Part shown: positions 28,031 through 38,508 of the stretch, piece after piece
How positions within the stretch are numbered: the first letter of the stretch is position 1
Layout of the letters: every line of letters starts with the position of its first letter
Origin: Prevotella sp.
Lineage (GTDB): Bacteria > Bacteroidota > Bacteroidia > Bacteroidales > Dysgonomonadaceae
Reading direction: 5' to 3'
Assembly: GCA_031285625.1 (NCBI GenBank)
Contig: JAITVV010000092.1
Coordinates: 1-64,000, forward strand
Length of the DNA stretch: 64,000 nt
Position numbers and translations under genes: made by a program
The notes under the pieces: model-generated
Database searches by the model: none
Told to the model about the DNA's origin: nothing
Seen by the model: the letters and a program-made list of their open reading frames with translations, nothing else

Positions 28031-29176
28031 TTATTTTCTGATAGTCAATATTTCTTTAATCACATCAGGGGTAATGTTTTGACGTTCACCCAGTTTCCAA
28101 CCACGACTTGCCAGACGCTCAGCCACTTTTATTATAGCCTCATCTCCCAATCCGTAATCAGACAGATGTGTCTTTACACCCATTGATTCAAAGAAATCTT
28201 CAACAGCCTTTATTGTCTTATCAATCGCATCATCACCTTGTATACCAAATACTTCTTTGCCCAAACGGGTTATCTTTTTCCCTTTTTGCTCTTTAAGCAC
28301 AGTCATAACTCCCGGCAAAACTATAGCAAGGGTTTGTGCATGATCTAATCCGTAAAACGCAGTTATTTCATGTCCTATCATATGTGTAGCCCAATCTTCC
28401 GGCACACCACATGCAATCCATCCATTCAGAGCCCATGTAGAAGCCCACATCAGATTGGCACGAACATCATAATTAGTTGGTTCTTTCAGTGCTTTAGGCC
28501 CTTCTGCAACCAGTGTTTTTACAATTGCCTCAGCCATATTGTCTTGTAGCAGGGAATCCCCTTCATTATATGTCAGGTATTGCTCCATTACATGTACAAA
28601 TGCATCTACCACACCATTTGCGGTTTGACGAGGAGGCAAGGAGTATGTTACAGTGGGATCAAGTACCGAAAATTTAGGATAAGTAAGAGGTGATGCAAAG
28701 GCTAGTTTTTCTGTTGTTTCGGCACGTGTAATCACGGCACCGTTATTCATTTCCGAACCAGTAGCAGGTAAAGTGATAATATCACCAAAAGACATTGCTT
28801 TCTTTATTTTTCCTCCTTTTAATATCATCCACGGATCACCTTCTTCAAAACAAACAGCAGCAGATATAAATTTAGTAGCATCGAGCACTGATCCTCCACC
28901 TACTGACAAGATAAAGTTAATTCCTTTCTCTTTTATCATAGCAACAGCTTTCATACATGTCTCATAATGAGGATTCGGTTCGATTCCGGAGAATTCATAC
29001 CACTCAAATCCGCTGAGAGCTTTTACTGCCTGATCATATACTCCATTTTTCTTTATACTGCCACCCCCATAAGTCATCAGCACTTTACTGCCTTGAGGTA
29101 TCTCATTTGCTATATTTTTGATTGTATCTTTCCCGAATATTATTTTTACAGGATTTGCTAATGAAAAGTTTTCCAT
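28031..29176 (-). CDS. Iron-containing alcohol dehydrogenase (YqhD/BdhA-like)
   Basis: GGGSIKKNG, GIEPNP, GGGSVLD, ATGSEMN, DWATHMIGHE. Start moved to 29176 because a TACCTTTG promoter (29210-29203) overlaps the longer start. Confidence 0.93.
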   Translation of the reverse strand: MENFSLANPVKIIFGKDTIKNIANEIPQGSKVLMTYGGGSIKKNGVYDQAVKALSGFEWYEFSGIEPNPHYETCMKAVAMIKEKGINFILSVGGGSVLDATKFISAAVCFEEGDPWMILKGGKIKKAMSFGDIITLPATGSEMNNGAVITRAETTEKLAFASPLTYPKFSVLDPTVTYSLPPRQTANGVVDAFVHVMEQYLTYNEGDSLLQDNMAEAIVKTLVAEGPKALKEPTNYDVRANLMWASTWALNGWIACGVPEDWATHMIGHEITAFYGLDHAQTLAIVLPGVMTVLKEQKGKKITRLGKEVFGIQGDDAIDKTIKAVEDFFESMGVKTHLSDYGLGDEAIIKVAERLASRGWKLGERQNITPDVIKEILTIRK

Positions 29177-29273
29177 AATTTGTTTTCTTTTTTTAATGAT
29201 CACAAAGGTATATCTATTTAGCGTGATAAGTTGATACCGTATTATTAAATAAGCTAAAAATGATCATTGTGGC

Positions 29274-31688
29274 TTAAAACTCAGCCATTAATTTGAAATT
29301 TAGCTGACGTCCGGTTAAATAATTAGGTACAGCATACTGATGGTTATATACATCGGTTACCCAATAGTATGTGTTGGTATTCTGCATATCGAAGATATTG
29401 AATACATCCATTCCCAACCATATATTTTTAAAGGCCTTGCAGAATGAGTTCTTATTGCGAATAGCAAAGTTCTCACCTAATACCTGCCAAGAGAAGCCTA
29501 TATCAACACGCTTATATGCAGGGGTACGGAAATACCCTGATTCGTAGCCTCTATAGGGTGCTGATACAGGTAAACCTTGCGACCACAATCCGCGTAGGCT
29601 CATTCTAAGACGTTCATATCCCGGCATATAGTCCTGATAGAAGAGTGCAAAGTTGAATCGCTGATCGGTTGGTAGAGGAACCTTTATTCCATCTATTTCC
29701 TGCTGTGCCTTCATTAGTCCGAAACTAACCCAACTATCGACTCCCGGTATAAATTCACCATACAATTTCATATCCAATCCCATAGCATATCCTTTAGCAC
29801 TATTCTCTCCAGAATATCTTATTTTTACATTATTCACTGTGTAGGGTACGAGGTCAGATAGCTTTTTATAATATATTTCCCCAGATAATTTAAAAGGTGC
29901 AGAATTACGTTCACCGCCTCCACCAAAGTAGTAGTCGGTACCTAAAACGATATGGATGGATTTTTGCGATTTTATATCTTTATTCAGTTCTATTACATTA
30001 TTTCCATCAACATTCACTATACGTTGAAATTCTTTATAAAAAGGAGCCTGATAATATATTCCTCCTGCCAGTCTTACCGAGAAATTTTCCTTTCCGGCCG
30101 GAACAAAAGCTATCGCTCCGCGCGGGCTGATTATCAGTTCTTCATTGAAGCTCCAGTAACTCGCTCTTACACCCACATTCAGTATAAATAATCCTTTATC
30201 TGTATTGAATCTGTATGTATCTTGTATAAACCCCGAAAAACGTGAAGGTTTAAGTCTGTTATCCGATTTCAGGTTCGAATATAGATTTAGATCTGTACCG
30301 TTATTCGGTAAGGAATAGCCGGCCGAATCCCGCATTTCCCATTCTTTGATTTTATCGCTTACATTTTCTTTTTGGTATGTCATCCCCCATTTAAGGAGGT
30401 TACTCCCTATTTTCAAATCTCCAAAATGACTGATTGTATACACTTCCGATTTCACCTTATTTCGGGCATGTTCTATATAAGAGCCTATTCCGAGTAAGGA
30501 CGAATCGTCTACTGCTACGTTCTCTCCTGATAAGTCGAGTTCTTTTAATATATAACTACCTTCTATATCATAGCGTTCGCGTTCATCCGACGAAAAAGTT
30601 GATCCTGTAATCCCCATATTCAGGTTTTCTTTTATTTTCCCTTTAAGGGTTAAGGCTGCCTGATATGTTATGAATTTATCTTTTTCCCATCCATCAAAGT
30701 GTACAGTAAAGTTTCGGGGTGTATCTAGCGTCCCAAAGCTTGTGCTACGTGTTTTGGGAGTGTATTTATATGTATTGTGGGAGTAATTGCCCAACAGGCT
30801 TATTTCCCATTTGGGAGACAGATCATATGTTATATATGTCTGAGCATCGATAAAGGAGGGATCATATTCAGCCTTCGTATCTGTAGTACTGAGTAATGAA
30901 CGTATCGTTTTGTAACGTATACCTGTAATCTGAGAAAACCGTCCCGTAGAGTTTCCTATATGAATATCTCCACCCAGAAATCCGGCAGAGACCGAACCTT
31001 CAAATTTTTCAGGCTTCTTATATGTTATATCCAGCACTGACGACATCTTATCTCCATATTCGGCACTAAAGCCTCCGGCAGAGAATCCTACTGTCTGAAT
31101 CATGTTAGGATTTATAAAACTTAACCCTTCCTGCTGGGATGAACGCACTAAAAGAGGCCTGTATATCTCAATTCCATTCACATAGACAATATTCTCATCA
31201 AAGTTGCCTCCACGTACAGAATATTGCGAACTTAATTCATCTTTTGAGGTTACTCCGCCCATTGTAGCCAACAAGGATTCGATACCTCCCCATGGGTTCG
31301 AAGCTCGTCTGGTTGCCAGATAATCAACGCGTTCAATAACAGTGGTTACTGTTTTTTTCCCTTCTACGGTTACTGCACCCAGTTCATTATCTTCCTGCAT
31401 TACAATGTTTAAGGTTATATCTTCCTTCGGGCGAGGGATAATATATTGTCGTTGCTGGTGTCCTACTAACGAAAAGATGATTTTCACAGAGTCTTTACTG
31501 ATGACATTCAGTAAATAATTTCCTTTACTGTTTGTCATCACTCCATTCCTGCTATTTGCTTCGGAAACGGATACCTGTTCTAATACCTCTTTTTGTTGGT
31601 TTGTAACCTTTCCCGTAATCTTTATTTGCTGTGAGTATACCAATGAGGAAGCCAATATAAAGACTAACAGCATGCTTTTCTTAATCAT
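29274..31688 (-). CDS. TonB-dependent receptor with N-terminal carboxypeptidase-like domain
   Basis: Plug motif YSVRGGNFDEN, FSAGGFSAEYGDKMSSVLDI, C-terminal Phe. Confidence 0.92.
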   Translation of the reverse strand: MIKKSMLLVFILASSLVYSQQIKITGKVTNQQKEVLEQVSVSEANSRNGVMTNSKGNYLLNVISKDSVKIIFSLVGHQQRQYIIPRPKEDITLNIVMQEDNELGAVTVEGKKTVTTVIERVDYLATRRASNPWGGIESLLATMGGVTSKDELSSQYSVRGGNFDENIVYVNGIEIYRPLLVRSSQQEGLSFINPNMIQTVGFSAGGFSAEYGDKMSSVLDITYKKPEKFEGSVSAGFLGGDIHIGNSTGRFSQITGIRYKTIRSLLSTTDTKAEYDPSFIDAQTYITYDLSPKWEISLLGNYSHNTYKYTPKTRSTSFGTLDTPRNFTVHFDGWEKDKFITYQAALTLKGKIKENLNMGITGSTFSSDERERYDIEGSYILKELDLSGENVAVDDSSLLGIGSYIEHARNKVKSEVYTISHFGDLKIGSNLLKWGMTYQKENVSDKIKEWEMRDSAGYSLPNNGTDLNLYSNLKSDNRLKPSRFSGFIQDTYRFNTDKGLFILNVGVRASYWSFNEELIISPRGAIAFVPAGKENFSVRLAGGIYYQAPFYKEFQRIVNVDGNNVIELNKDIKSQKSIHIVLGTDYYFGGGGERNSAPFKLSGEIYYKKLSDLVPYTVNNVKIRYSGENSAKGYAMGLDMKLYGEFIPGVDSWVSFGLMKAQQEIDGIKVPLPTDQRFNFALFYQDYMPGYERLRMSLRGLWSQGLPVSAPYRGYESGYFRTPAYKRVDIGFSWQVLGENFAIRNKNSFCKAFKNIWLGMDVFNIFDMQNTNTYYWVTDVYNHQYAVPNYLTGRQLNFKLMAEF

Positions 31689-31945
31689 ATAGTCAAATTT
31701 GTGCTGGCAAATTTATAGATATATTTTCTGTGAACCAAGACTTTAATATTCTAATACTTATTTAAGAAGCATTTTTCTAAAATAAGTAAAGCTATATCTT
31801 TAAATCAATATCAAAAGCAGCAAAAACAACACTTATCAATATTTTTTGTTTGCCATAATGAACAGGAAATATTACAATAACTCATTATACATAAAACCTC
31901 AGCCCGTAATATATTTTTATTACTTTTGTATCCAAATAAAATGAC

Positions 31946-33460
31946 ATGGCAGGAGGTGGAATGAAGAATTTGGCAAAAGATACTGCAATCTATGGATTGA
32001 GCAGTATTATCGGCCGAATTTTCAATTGGTTACTTGTTCCGTTGCATACATATATATTTACAGATACCGTAGAATACGGTAAAGTAAGCTATATATACGG
32101 ATATACAGCCTTGTTTATGGTACTACTCACCTATGGTATGGAAACGGGCTTTTTCCGTTTCATGAATAAGAAAGACGAAAACCCCGATAAAGTTTATGCG
32201 ACTTCCCTCATTTCATTAGGTACCACATCTCTCCTATTTATATTATTTTGCTTTAGTTTTATTACTCCCATATCGTCATGGATGGAATATACAGAGCATC
32301 CAGAACACATATGGATGATGGCTATAGTAGTTGCTCTAGACGCCTTTATGACAATCCCGTTCGCTTACTTGCGATACAAAAAGAGACCTATACGTTTTGC
32401 CTCACTAAAACTCGTATTTATAGGTCTTAATATATTCTTCAATTTGTTATTCCTAGTGGTCTGCCCTTGGGTATACAAATCATATCCCGATTTTGTATTG
32501 AATAAGTTCTATCATCCTGATATCGGAATCGGATATATCTTCTTGGCTAACTTACTTTCAACATTGGTACTCCTTCTGTTATTGATTCCTAATACAATGA
32601 GGGGACTGAAATTTCAATTTGACAATAAACTGTTGAGGAGAATATTAAAGTACTCTTTCCCTTTGCTTATTTTAGGACTGGCGGGGGTAATTAACCAGAC
32701 AGTTGCCCAATTGACTTATAAGTATCTATATCCAACGCCGGAAGAAGCATTCAGTCAACTTGGTATTTATCAGGCCTGCCTCAAAATCACCGTAATTATA
32801 ACGATGTTTACACAGGCATTCCGTTACGCTTACGAACCGTTCTTCTTCAATAAAAACAAGGAAGATGGCAGCACAAAGCCATATGCAGATGCGATGAAAT
32901 ATTTTATCATTTTTGCATTATTGGTTTTCTTAGGCGTCGTTTTCTATCTGGATATACTGAAATATATCATCAGTGAAAATTATACAGTAGGCACCATAAT
33001 AGTACCAATAGCAATGCTGGGAGAAATATTCTTCGGTATATATTTCAACCTGTCTGTATGGTACAAGTTAACAGATAAAACAAAATACGGGGCTTATTTC
33101 TCTGTCTTCGGTTGCTTCCTGCAGGTTGCAATCAATATAATCTTTGTTCCTATCTACGGATATATAGCTAGCGCGTGGGCTACCTTCTTCTGCAATCTGA
33201 TTATAATGACAATATCATACTTTATAGGACAAAAATACTTCCCTATAAAATATGACTTGAAAAATATACTCTTCTATTTCATACTAGCCATTGTATTCTA
33301 TATTGCGGCTATGTACCCTCAAATAGACAATGAAGCTTTAAGGTTAGCTTACAGGACTGTATTCCTTGTTATCTTTACAGCAATTATAATAAAGAGAGAC
33401 CTGCCATTGAAAGAAATGCCGGTAATAGGTAAATATTTTGGCAACTCTAAAAAGAAATAA
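31946..33460 (+). CDS. Oligosaccharide flippase (Wzx/MOP family)
   Basis: LAKDTAIYGLSSI, YGMETGFFRF, AFRYAYEPFFF; many TM helices; TACTTTTG at 31921. Confidence 0.9.
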   Translation: MAGGGMKNLAKDTAIYGLSSIIGRIFNWLLVPLHTYIFTDTVEYGKVSYIYGYTALFMVLLTYGMETGFFRFMNKKDENPDKVYATSLISLGTTSLLFILFCFSFITPISSWMEYTEHPEHIWMMAIVVALDAFMTIPFAYLRYKKRPIRFASLKLVFIGLNIFFNLLFLVVCPWVYKSYPDFVLNKFYHPDIGIGYIFLANLLSTLVLLLLLIPNTMRGLKFQFDNKLLRRILKYSFPLLILGLAGVINQTVAQLTYKYLYPTPEEAFSQLGIYQACLKITVIITMFTQAFRYAYEPFFFNKNKEDGSTKPYADAMKYFIIFALLVFLGVVFYLDILKYIISENYTVGTIIVPIAMLGEIFFGIYFNLSVWYKLTDKTKYGAYFSVFGCFLQVAINIIFVPIYGYIASAWATFFCNLIIMTISYFIGQKYFPIKYDLKNILFYFILAIVFYIAAMYPQIDNEALRLAYRTVFLVIFTAIIIKRDLPLKEMPVIGKYFGNSKKK

Positions 33461-33483
33461 TCCAACAATTAATAACTAAAACA

Positions 33484-35619
33484 ATGAGAAAACTATTTTT
33501 ATTATTAGCCGTTTTCCTCACCGTCATGGGAGCAAAAGCCGATGAAGGTATGTGGCTGCTAAAAGAATTGAATAAACAAAGTATGGCCCGTATGAAAGAA
33601 CTGGGCTTTAAATTTCCGACAGACAGTATATATAGTGAGACCAACCCTTCACTAAAAGATGCAGTTGTTATTTTCGGAGGAGGTTGTACAGGTGTTGCAG
33701 TATCCAGCCAAGGTCTGATCTTCACCAACCACCACTGTGGCTACGGTGCTATCCAGAAACTAAGTTCGGTTGAACATGACTACCTCAAGGATGGCTTTGT
33801 AAGTCAGACTTTCCAAGAAGAACTTCCAGCCGAAGGTCTTACTGTTTCTTTCCTACAAAAGACAGAAGATATTACCGATTTTGTAACCTCTACAATTCTA
33901 GCCGATGACAGTGAAGAGGTTCGTGGTGAAAAGATAGATTCTTTATCTGAAGTATATCTGGAACAATATAAAGGGAACAGCTTCCTTAGAGCACAAGTTA
34001 TCCCTTTCTACTCCCACAACAAATACTATGCTGTAATCTACGAAGTATTCAAAGATGTAAGACTTGTTTTTACACCACCATCTTCTGTAGGTAAATTTGG
34101 AGGAGAAACTGACAACTGGATGTGGCCGCGTCATACAGGGGATTTCTCAGTATTCCGTGTATATGCCAACAAAGATAATAGTGCTGCCAACTACAGCCCC
34201 GATAATGTGCCTTACCAACCTAAATATTCAGTACCTGTTTCGCTAAAAGGGTATCAGGAAAAAGATTATGCTATGACTATCGGTTATCCAGGTAGTACAG
34301 AACGCTATATGACATCATGGGGTATCAACCAGATGGTGGAATCTGAACATAAACCTCGTATTGAAGTACGCGGTGCTAAGCAAGATGTATGGAAAAAAGA
34401 TATGAATGCCAGCGATGCAATCCGTATCAAATACGCATCTAAGTATGCCGGAAGTTCAAACTACTGGAAAAATGCTATGGGTATGAATGAAGCAATTGCA
34501 AAACTGGGTGTGATCAAAGATAAAGAACAACTGGAAGATCAATTTGCGAAATGGGCATCATCCAAACCGGCTATCAAAGCAAAATATGGAGAAACGTTAT
34601 CTTTACTGAAAGATGGTTATACTGCTACAATGGATGTAGCCAAAGTACAAACTTATTTGTTTGAGACATTCTACAATGGTGTAGAAGTTACCCGTTTTGC
34701 AAATACAGCTGTATTTATCAACAAAATGGAGGATAAAACAGCTGAAGATAAAGCAAGCGATCTAAGACGAAGATTGGAATCTCTTTATAAAGATTATGAA
34801 CCGACACTAGACCGTAAAGTTATGCCTGCACTATTGAAGATATATGCAGAAAGAGTTCCGGCTGAATATCTACCTTCTTTTTATAGTACCATAGCCGATG
34901 AATTTGGAGGCGACTATGACAAATATGCTGAATGGTTCTATAACAATACTAAATTTACAAATCTTGATGCAGCTATTGCACTGATAGGCAGTGAGGATCA
35001 GGAGGCTATAAGTAATGATCCTGCTATTGCTTTTGCAAGGTCTATCGAGCCATGCCTGAATAAACTACGTGAGTCATTTGCACCTTACTATCCGCAGATT
35101 GATAAGGGTAGCCGCTTGTTCATGGCTGGACTAATGGAGATGGAACCAAGCAAGACGTTCTATCCTGATGCTAACTTCACTCAGCGTTTGAGTTATGGCT
35201 CTATTGGGGGTTATAAACCTGCTGATGCTGTTATTTATGATTATTACAGTACATCTAAAGGTATATTGGATAAACAAGTACCTAACGATCCTGAATTTAA
35301 TGTACAACAGTATATTTTGGATGATCTTGCAGGAGGAGACTTTGGTGAATATGCAAACAAATCTGATGGTAAGATGTATGTAAACTTCTTATCGAACAAT
35401 GATATTACAGGAGGTAATTCAGGTAGTCCTGTATTCAATGGCAATGCACAATTGATAGGTCTTGCTTTTGATGGTAACTGGGAATCGCTGAGTGGTGATA
35501 TCCTGTTCGAACCAGACTTACAACGTATGATCAGTGTAGATATCCGTTATGTATTGTATACAATAGATAAGGTAATGAAATGCCCTCGATTAATTAAGGA
35601 ATTGAAAATTGTAAAATAA
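33484..35619 (+). CDS. S46 dipeptidyl peptidase, DPP7-like
   Basis: ADEGMW, TNHHC, NWMWPRHTGDF, TGGNSGSP. AFDGNWE has Gly rather than the Arg of DPP11. Confidence 0.93.
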   Translation: MRKLFLLLAVFLTVMGAKADEGMWLLKELNKQSMARMKELGFKFPTDSIYSETNPSLKDAVVIFGGGCTGVAVSSQGLIFTNHHCGYGAIQKLSSVEHDYLKDGFVSQTFQEELPAEGLTVSFLQKTEDITDFVTSTILADDSEEVRGEKIDSLSEVYLEQYKGNSFLRAQVIPFYSHNKYYAVIYEVFKDVRLVFTPPSSVGKFGGETDNWMWPRHTGDFSVFRVYANKDNSAANYSPDNVPYQPKYSVPVSLKGYQEKDYAMTIGYPGSTERYMTSWGINQMVESEHKPRIEVRGAKQDVWKKDMNASDAIRIKYASKYAGSSNYWKNAMGMNEAIAKLGVIKDKEQLEDQFAKWASSKPAIKAKYGETLSLLKDGYTATMDVAKVQTYLFETFYNGVEVTRFANTAVFINKMEDKTAEDKASDLRRRLESLYKDYEPTLDRKVMPALLKIYAERVPAEYLPSFYSTIADEFGGDYDKYAEWFYNNTKFTNLDAAIALIGSEDQEAISNDPAIAFARSIEPCLNKLRESFAPYYPQIDKGSRLFMAGLMEMEPSKTFYPDANFTQRLSYGSIGGYKPADAVIYDYYSTSKGILDKQVPNDPEFNVQQYILDDLAGGDFGEYANKSDGKMYVNFLSNNDITGGNSGSPVFNGNAQLIGLAFDGNWESLSGDILFEPDLQRMISVDIRYVLYTIDKVMKCPRLIKELKIVK

Positions 35620-35620
35620 G

Positions 35621-35659
35621 AAAAATAAGGCTGCACACAGTGTGCAGCTTTTATTTTTT
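35621..35659. terminator. Bidirectional terminator
   Basis: A-rich flank, GGCTGCACA-cag-TGTGCAGCT stem, T-rich flank. Confidence 0.85.
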
Positions 35660-35671
35660 ACATTAAATAAA

Positions 35672-36124
35672 TCAGAAATATAAATACCAAAAGAGAATTA
35701 TTGCAATAAGCAATAAAGATAGGATGGTAACTCCAATATAAAAAAACTCTAATATTTTCGTATGACTATGCTCTTCCCTCTTTTGATGAAGCGTTGAAAA
35801 TAACATAGCATCTTCATCAATATTATCCAATATTTTCTCTTCTATCTTCCTCATCACTTCACTACAAGCTCCAAATAACTCTTTAATTCTTTTATCGATA
35901 AAATAGAATAAAATGGATATAGCAGTAATAATCAGTAGTATTGAGATCGAAAAGATAATTTTTCCACTATCAAACATCTCAAAAAACAACCTAAGAAGAA
36001 AATATATTGCAACGACATAACCAGCAAATGAAATTTGCCTCCAATTAAGATAATACTTGTGGTGCTCACAAGCTTGCTTATATAACATCTTCAAATTCTC
36101 TATTCTATCTTTAGAATCTTCCAT
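35672..36124 (-). CDS. Hypothetical three-TM membrane protein
   Basis: 150-aa AT-rich ORF with three hydrophobic segments. Confidence 0.65.
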   Translation of the reverse strand: MEDSKDRIENLKMLYKQACEHHKYYLNWRQISFAGYVVAIYFLLRLFFEMFDSGKIIFSISILLIITAISILFYFIDKRIKELFGACSEVMRKIEEKILDNIDEDAMLFSTLHQKREEHSHTKILEFFYIGVTILSLLLIAIILFWYLYF

Positions 36125-36191
36125 AATTTAGATTAGTTACTGTTTTGAAACATAAGGTTAAGCTGTATCACACAATTATTATATCGGAAAT

Positions 36192-37523
36192 TTATATCAA
36201 CCCCCTTGCCTTAAATTCAAGATATTTATTTATAGAATCTATCGTAAGGTTTTCCGGCTTGGACAAAATAGTATAGATACCATATCTATTTAGTTCTTTT
36301 ACAATCAGATATTTATCATTCCATAACTTCTCAGCCATACCTTTTCTAAATGTTTCTTCCAGGTTGGTAGGTGGTGTTTCCAATACTTCATTAAATTCCG
36401 AATTAAGGAAGAAGCAAACCAATACTAAATGATCCTTTGCCATATGGCTCAGATACTTTAGCTGACGACGCATACCATTCACCGTTTCAAAGTTAGTATA
36501 TAAAATAATCAGGCTTCTTTGAGACAGCTTGCGACGTACAGTAGCATATAAACGCTCATAATCGGATTCTTTAAAATCTGTTTTCTGAGCATATAAAGTT
36601 TCAAGTATTTTATTACGTTGGCGTCGTTGTTTATCGGCCGGGAGGATTTCGTCTATATCTTTAGAGAAAGTGATCAATCCGGCTTTATCACCTTTATTTA
36701 GTGCTGTACTACATACCATCAAAGTCGAATTGATCGCATAGTCCAACAAGGTCATTTCATTGAAAGGCATTTTCATTGTACGCCCTTTATCAATAAGACA
36801 ATATACAGGCTGAGACTTTTCTTCCTGATATGTATTCACCATTAATTGATTCATACGGGCAGTTGCCTTATAATTGATCGTACGGGGATCATCTCCCATC
36901 ACATAATGTTTTATATGATCAAACTCTGTGGCATGCCCTATCCGTCTTATTTTCTTCACCCCATAGTCCGTCAATCGGTGCGATGCAGCCAATAGTTCGT
37001 ACTTATGCATCTCGATAAAGGACGGGTATACGGCAATATCTTTTCCTTCATCAAAAATATAACGTCTGGTTACCAGACCAAATAGTCCGCTCGCATAAAT
37101 ATTTACAGCGCCGAATTTATAAACTCCACGCTCGGTAGGACGAAGGTCATAATACAAAGTTTCAGAACTATTTACTCCTAAAGAGGTTTTAAACATCAAA
37201 TTCCTCTTTTGAAACTGGAAAGGGACTTCTTCTATGATTTTTATACCTGCTCTGAATGGATACTTATTTGTAATAGATAACGATATGGTATTCATATCCC
37301 CATTCGATAATCTTTCAGGGCAATTACGGGATGCAATTATGCCTTTCGACTGCCTGAATAGAGTGAACATATCAAGCAAAAGAAAAACTCCTACTACACC
37401 CAATATGATGAGCATAATAAAAAAGAAATTATCGAAAATAAAGCATGCAAAAAGCCCCAGCACACATACAATGAGTGCAATAAAGAAACGATCTGAAAGA
37501 TATAAGCTCTTAAAGAAACGCAT
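36192..37523 (-). CDS. DUF58 domain (vWA-like) protein
   Basis: G-x2-TEFDHIKHYVMGDDPRTINYKATAR and LIDKGRTM. ATG at 37523 overlaps the MoxR stop (TAATG). Confidence 0.9.
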   Translation of the reverse strand: MRFFKSLYLSDRFFIALIVCVLGLFACFIFDNFFFIMLIILGVVGVFLLLDMFTLFRQSKGIIASRNCPERLSNGDMNTISLSITNKYPFRAGIKIIEEVPFQFQKRNLMFKTSLGVNSSETLYYDLRPTERGVYKFGAVNIYASGLFGLVTRRYIFDEGKDIAVYPSFIEMHKYELLAASHRLTDYGVKKIRRIGHATEFDHIKHYVMGDDPRTINYKATARMNQLMVNTYQEEKSQPVYCLIDKGRTMKMPFNEMTLLDYAINSTLMVCSTALNKGDKAGLITFSKDIDEILPADKQRRQRNKILETLYAQKTDFKESDYERLYATVRRKLSQRSLIILYTNFETVNGMRRQLKYLSHMAKDHLVLVCFFLNSEFNEVLETPPTNLEETFRKGMAEKLWNDKYLIVKELNRYGIYTILSKPENLTIDSINKYLEFKARGLI

Positions 37524-38497
37524 TACCGGGGAACCTCCGCTTTGTCTATTAGCTGACATATAATTGTATCGGTAGATGTGCCATCCATCTCCTTTTCGGG
37601 TGTTAATAATATCCTGTGTCTAAGTACTGGCACAGCCACTTCTTTAATATCATCAGGCGTTATAAAATCACGTCCTCTGATAGCAGCTAATGCCTTCGAA
37701 GAGTTTAATATAGCCAAAGATGCACGCGGTGACGCTCCTAATGTAATCCATGGGCTTTGACGTGTTGCAGCTACAATCTGAGCAATATATTCAAGCAATT
37801 GGTGTTCTACCTGAACCTTCTCTACTGCCAGACGCAAGCTGTTTAGTTTTTCGGCTGTCAATACAGGTCGTATACCGATTTCAGCAGACAATTCACCTCT
37901 GTTTTGTCGATCAAGTATATTGATTTCATCAACAATATTGGGGTAGTCAACAACAATTTTGAATAAGAAACGGTCTAATTGTGCCTCAGGCAGACGATAG
38001 GTCCCCTCCTGCTCTATCGGATTCTGGGTTGCCATAACAAGAAACGGATAACTCATCTTATAAGTAACACCATCATTTGTTACCTGACGTTCTTCCATCA
38101 CTTCGAAAAGTGCTGCCTGAGTTTTTGCAGGAGAGCGGTTTATTTCATCGATAAGCACTATATTAGAGAATATAGGGCCTTTCTTAAATTCGAATTTTCC
38201 AGATCCCGGAAGGAATACACTTGTACCCAATACGTCGGAGGGCATAAGATCGGGAGTAAACTGGATACGGCTAAAAGCCACATCGACTGTCTTAGCCAAG
38301 AGCTTAGCAGATAAGGTTTTGGCAACTCCAGGAACACCTTCTACCAGAACATGTCCGTTTGCTAAAATAGCAATAATCATTTGTTCCACCAGCTGATGCT
38401 GTCCGACAACAACACGCCCTATTTCGCTTTTTATTTCCTGAACACTTTGGCTCAATTCGGAAAAATCTATTCTTGATTGAAATTCTAAATCTGACAT
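37523..38497 (-). CDS. MoxR family AAA+ ATPase
   Basis: GVPGVAKT, RIQFTPDLMPSD, DEINRSPAKTQAAL, ATQNPIEQEGTYRLPEAQLDRF. Confidence 0.97.
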   Translation of the reverse strand: MSDLEFQSRIDFSELSQSVQEIKSEIGRVVVGQHQLVEQMIIAILANGHVLVEGVPGVAKTLSAKLLAKTVDVAFSRIQFTPDLMPSDVLGTSVFLPGSGKFEFKKGPIFSNIVLIDEINRSPAKTQAALFEVMEERQVTNDGVTYKMSYPFLVMATQNPIEQEGTYRLPEAQLDRFLFKIVVDYPNIVDEINILDRQNRGELSAEIGIRPVLTAEKLNSLRLAVEKVQVEHQLLEYIAQIVAATRQSPWITLGASPRASLAILNSSKALAAIRGRDFITPDDIKEVAVPVLRHRILLTPEKEMDGTSTDTIICQLIDKAEVPR

Positions 38498-38508
38498 ATG
38501 TTCTGTTT

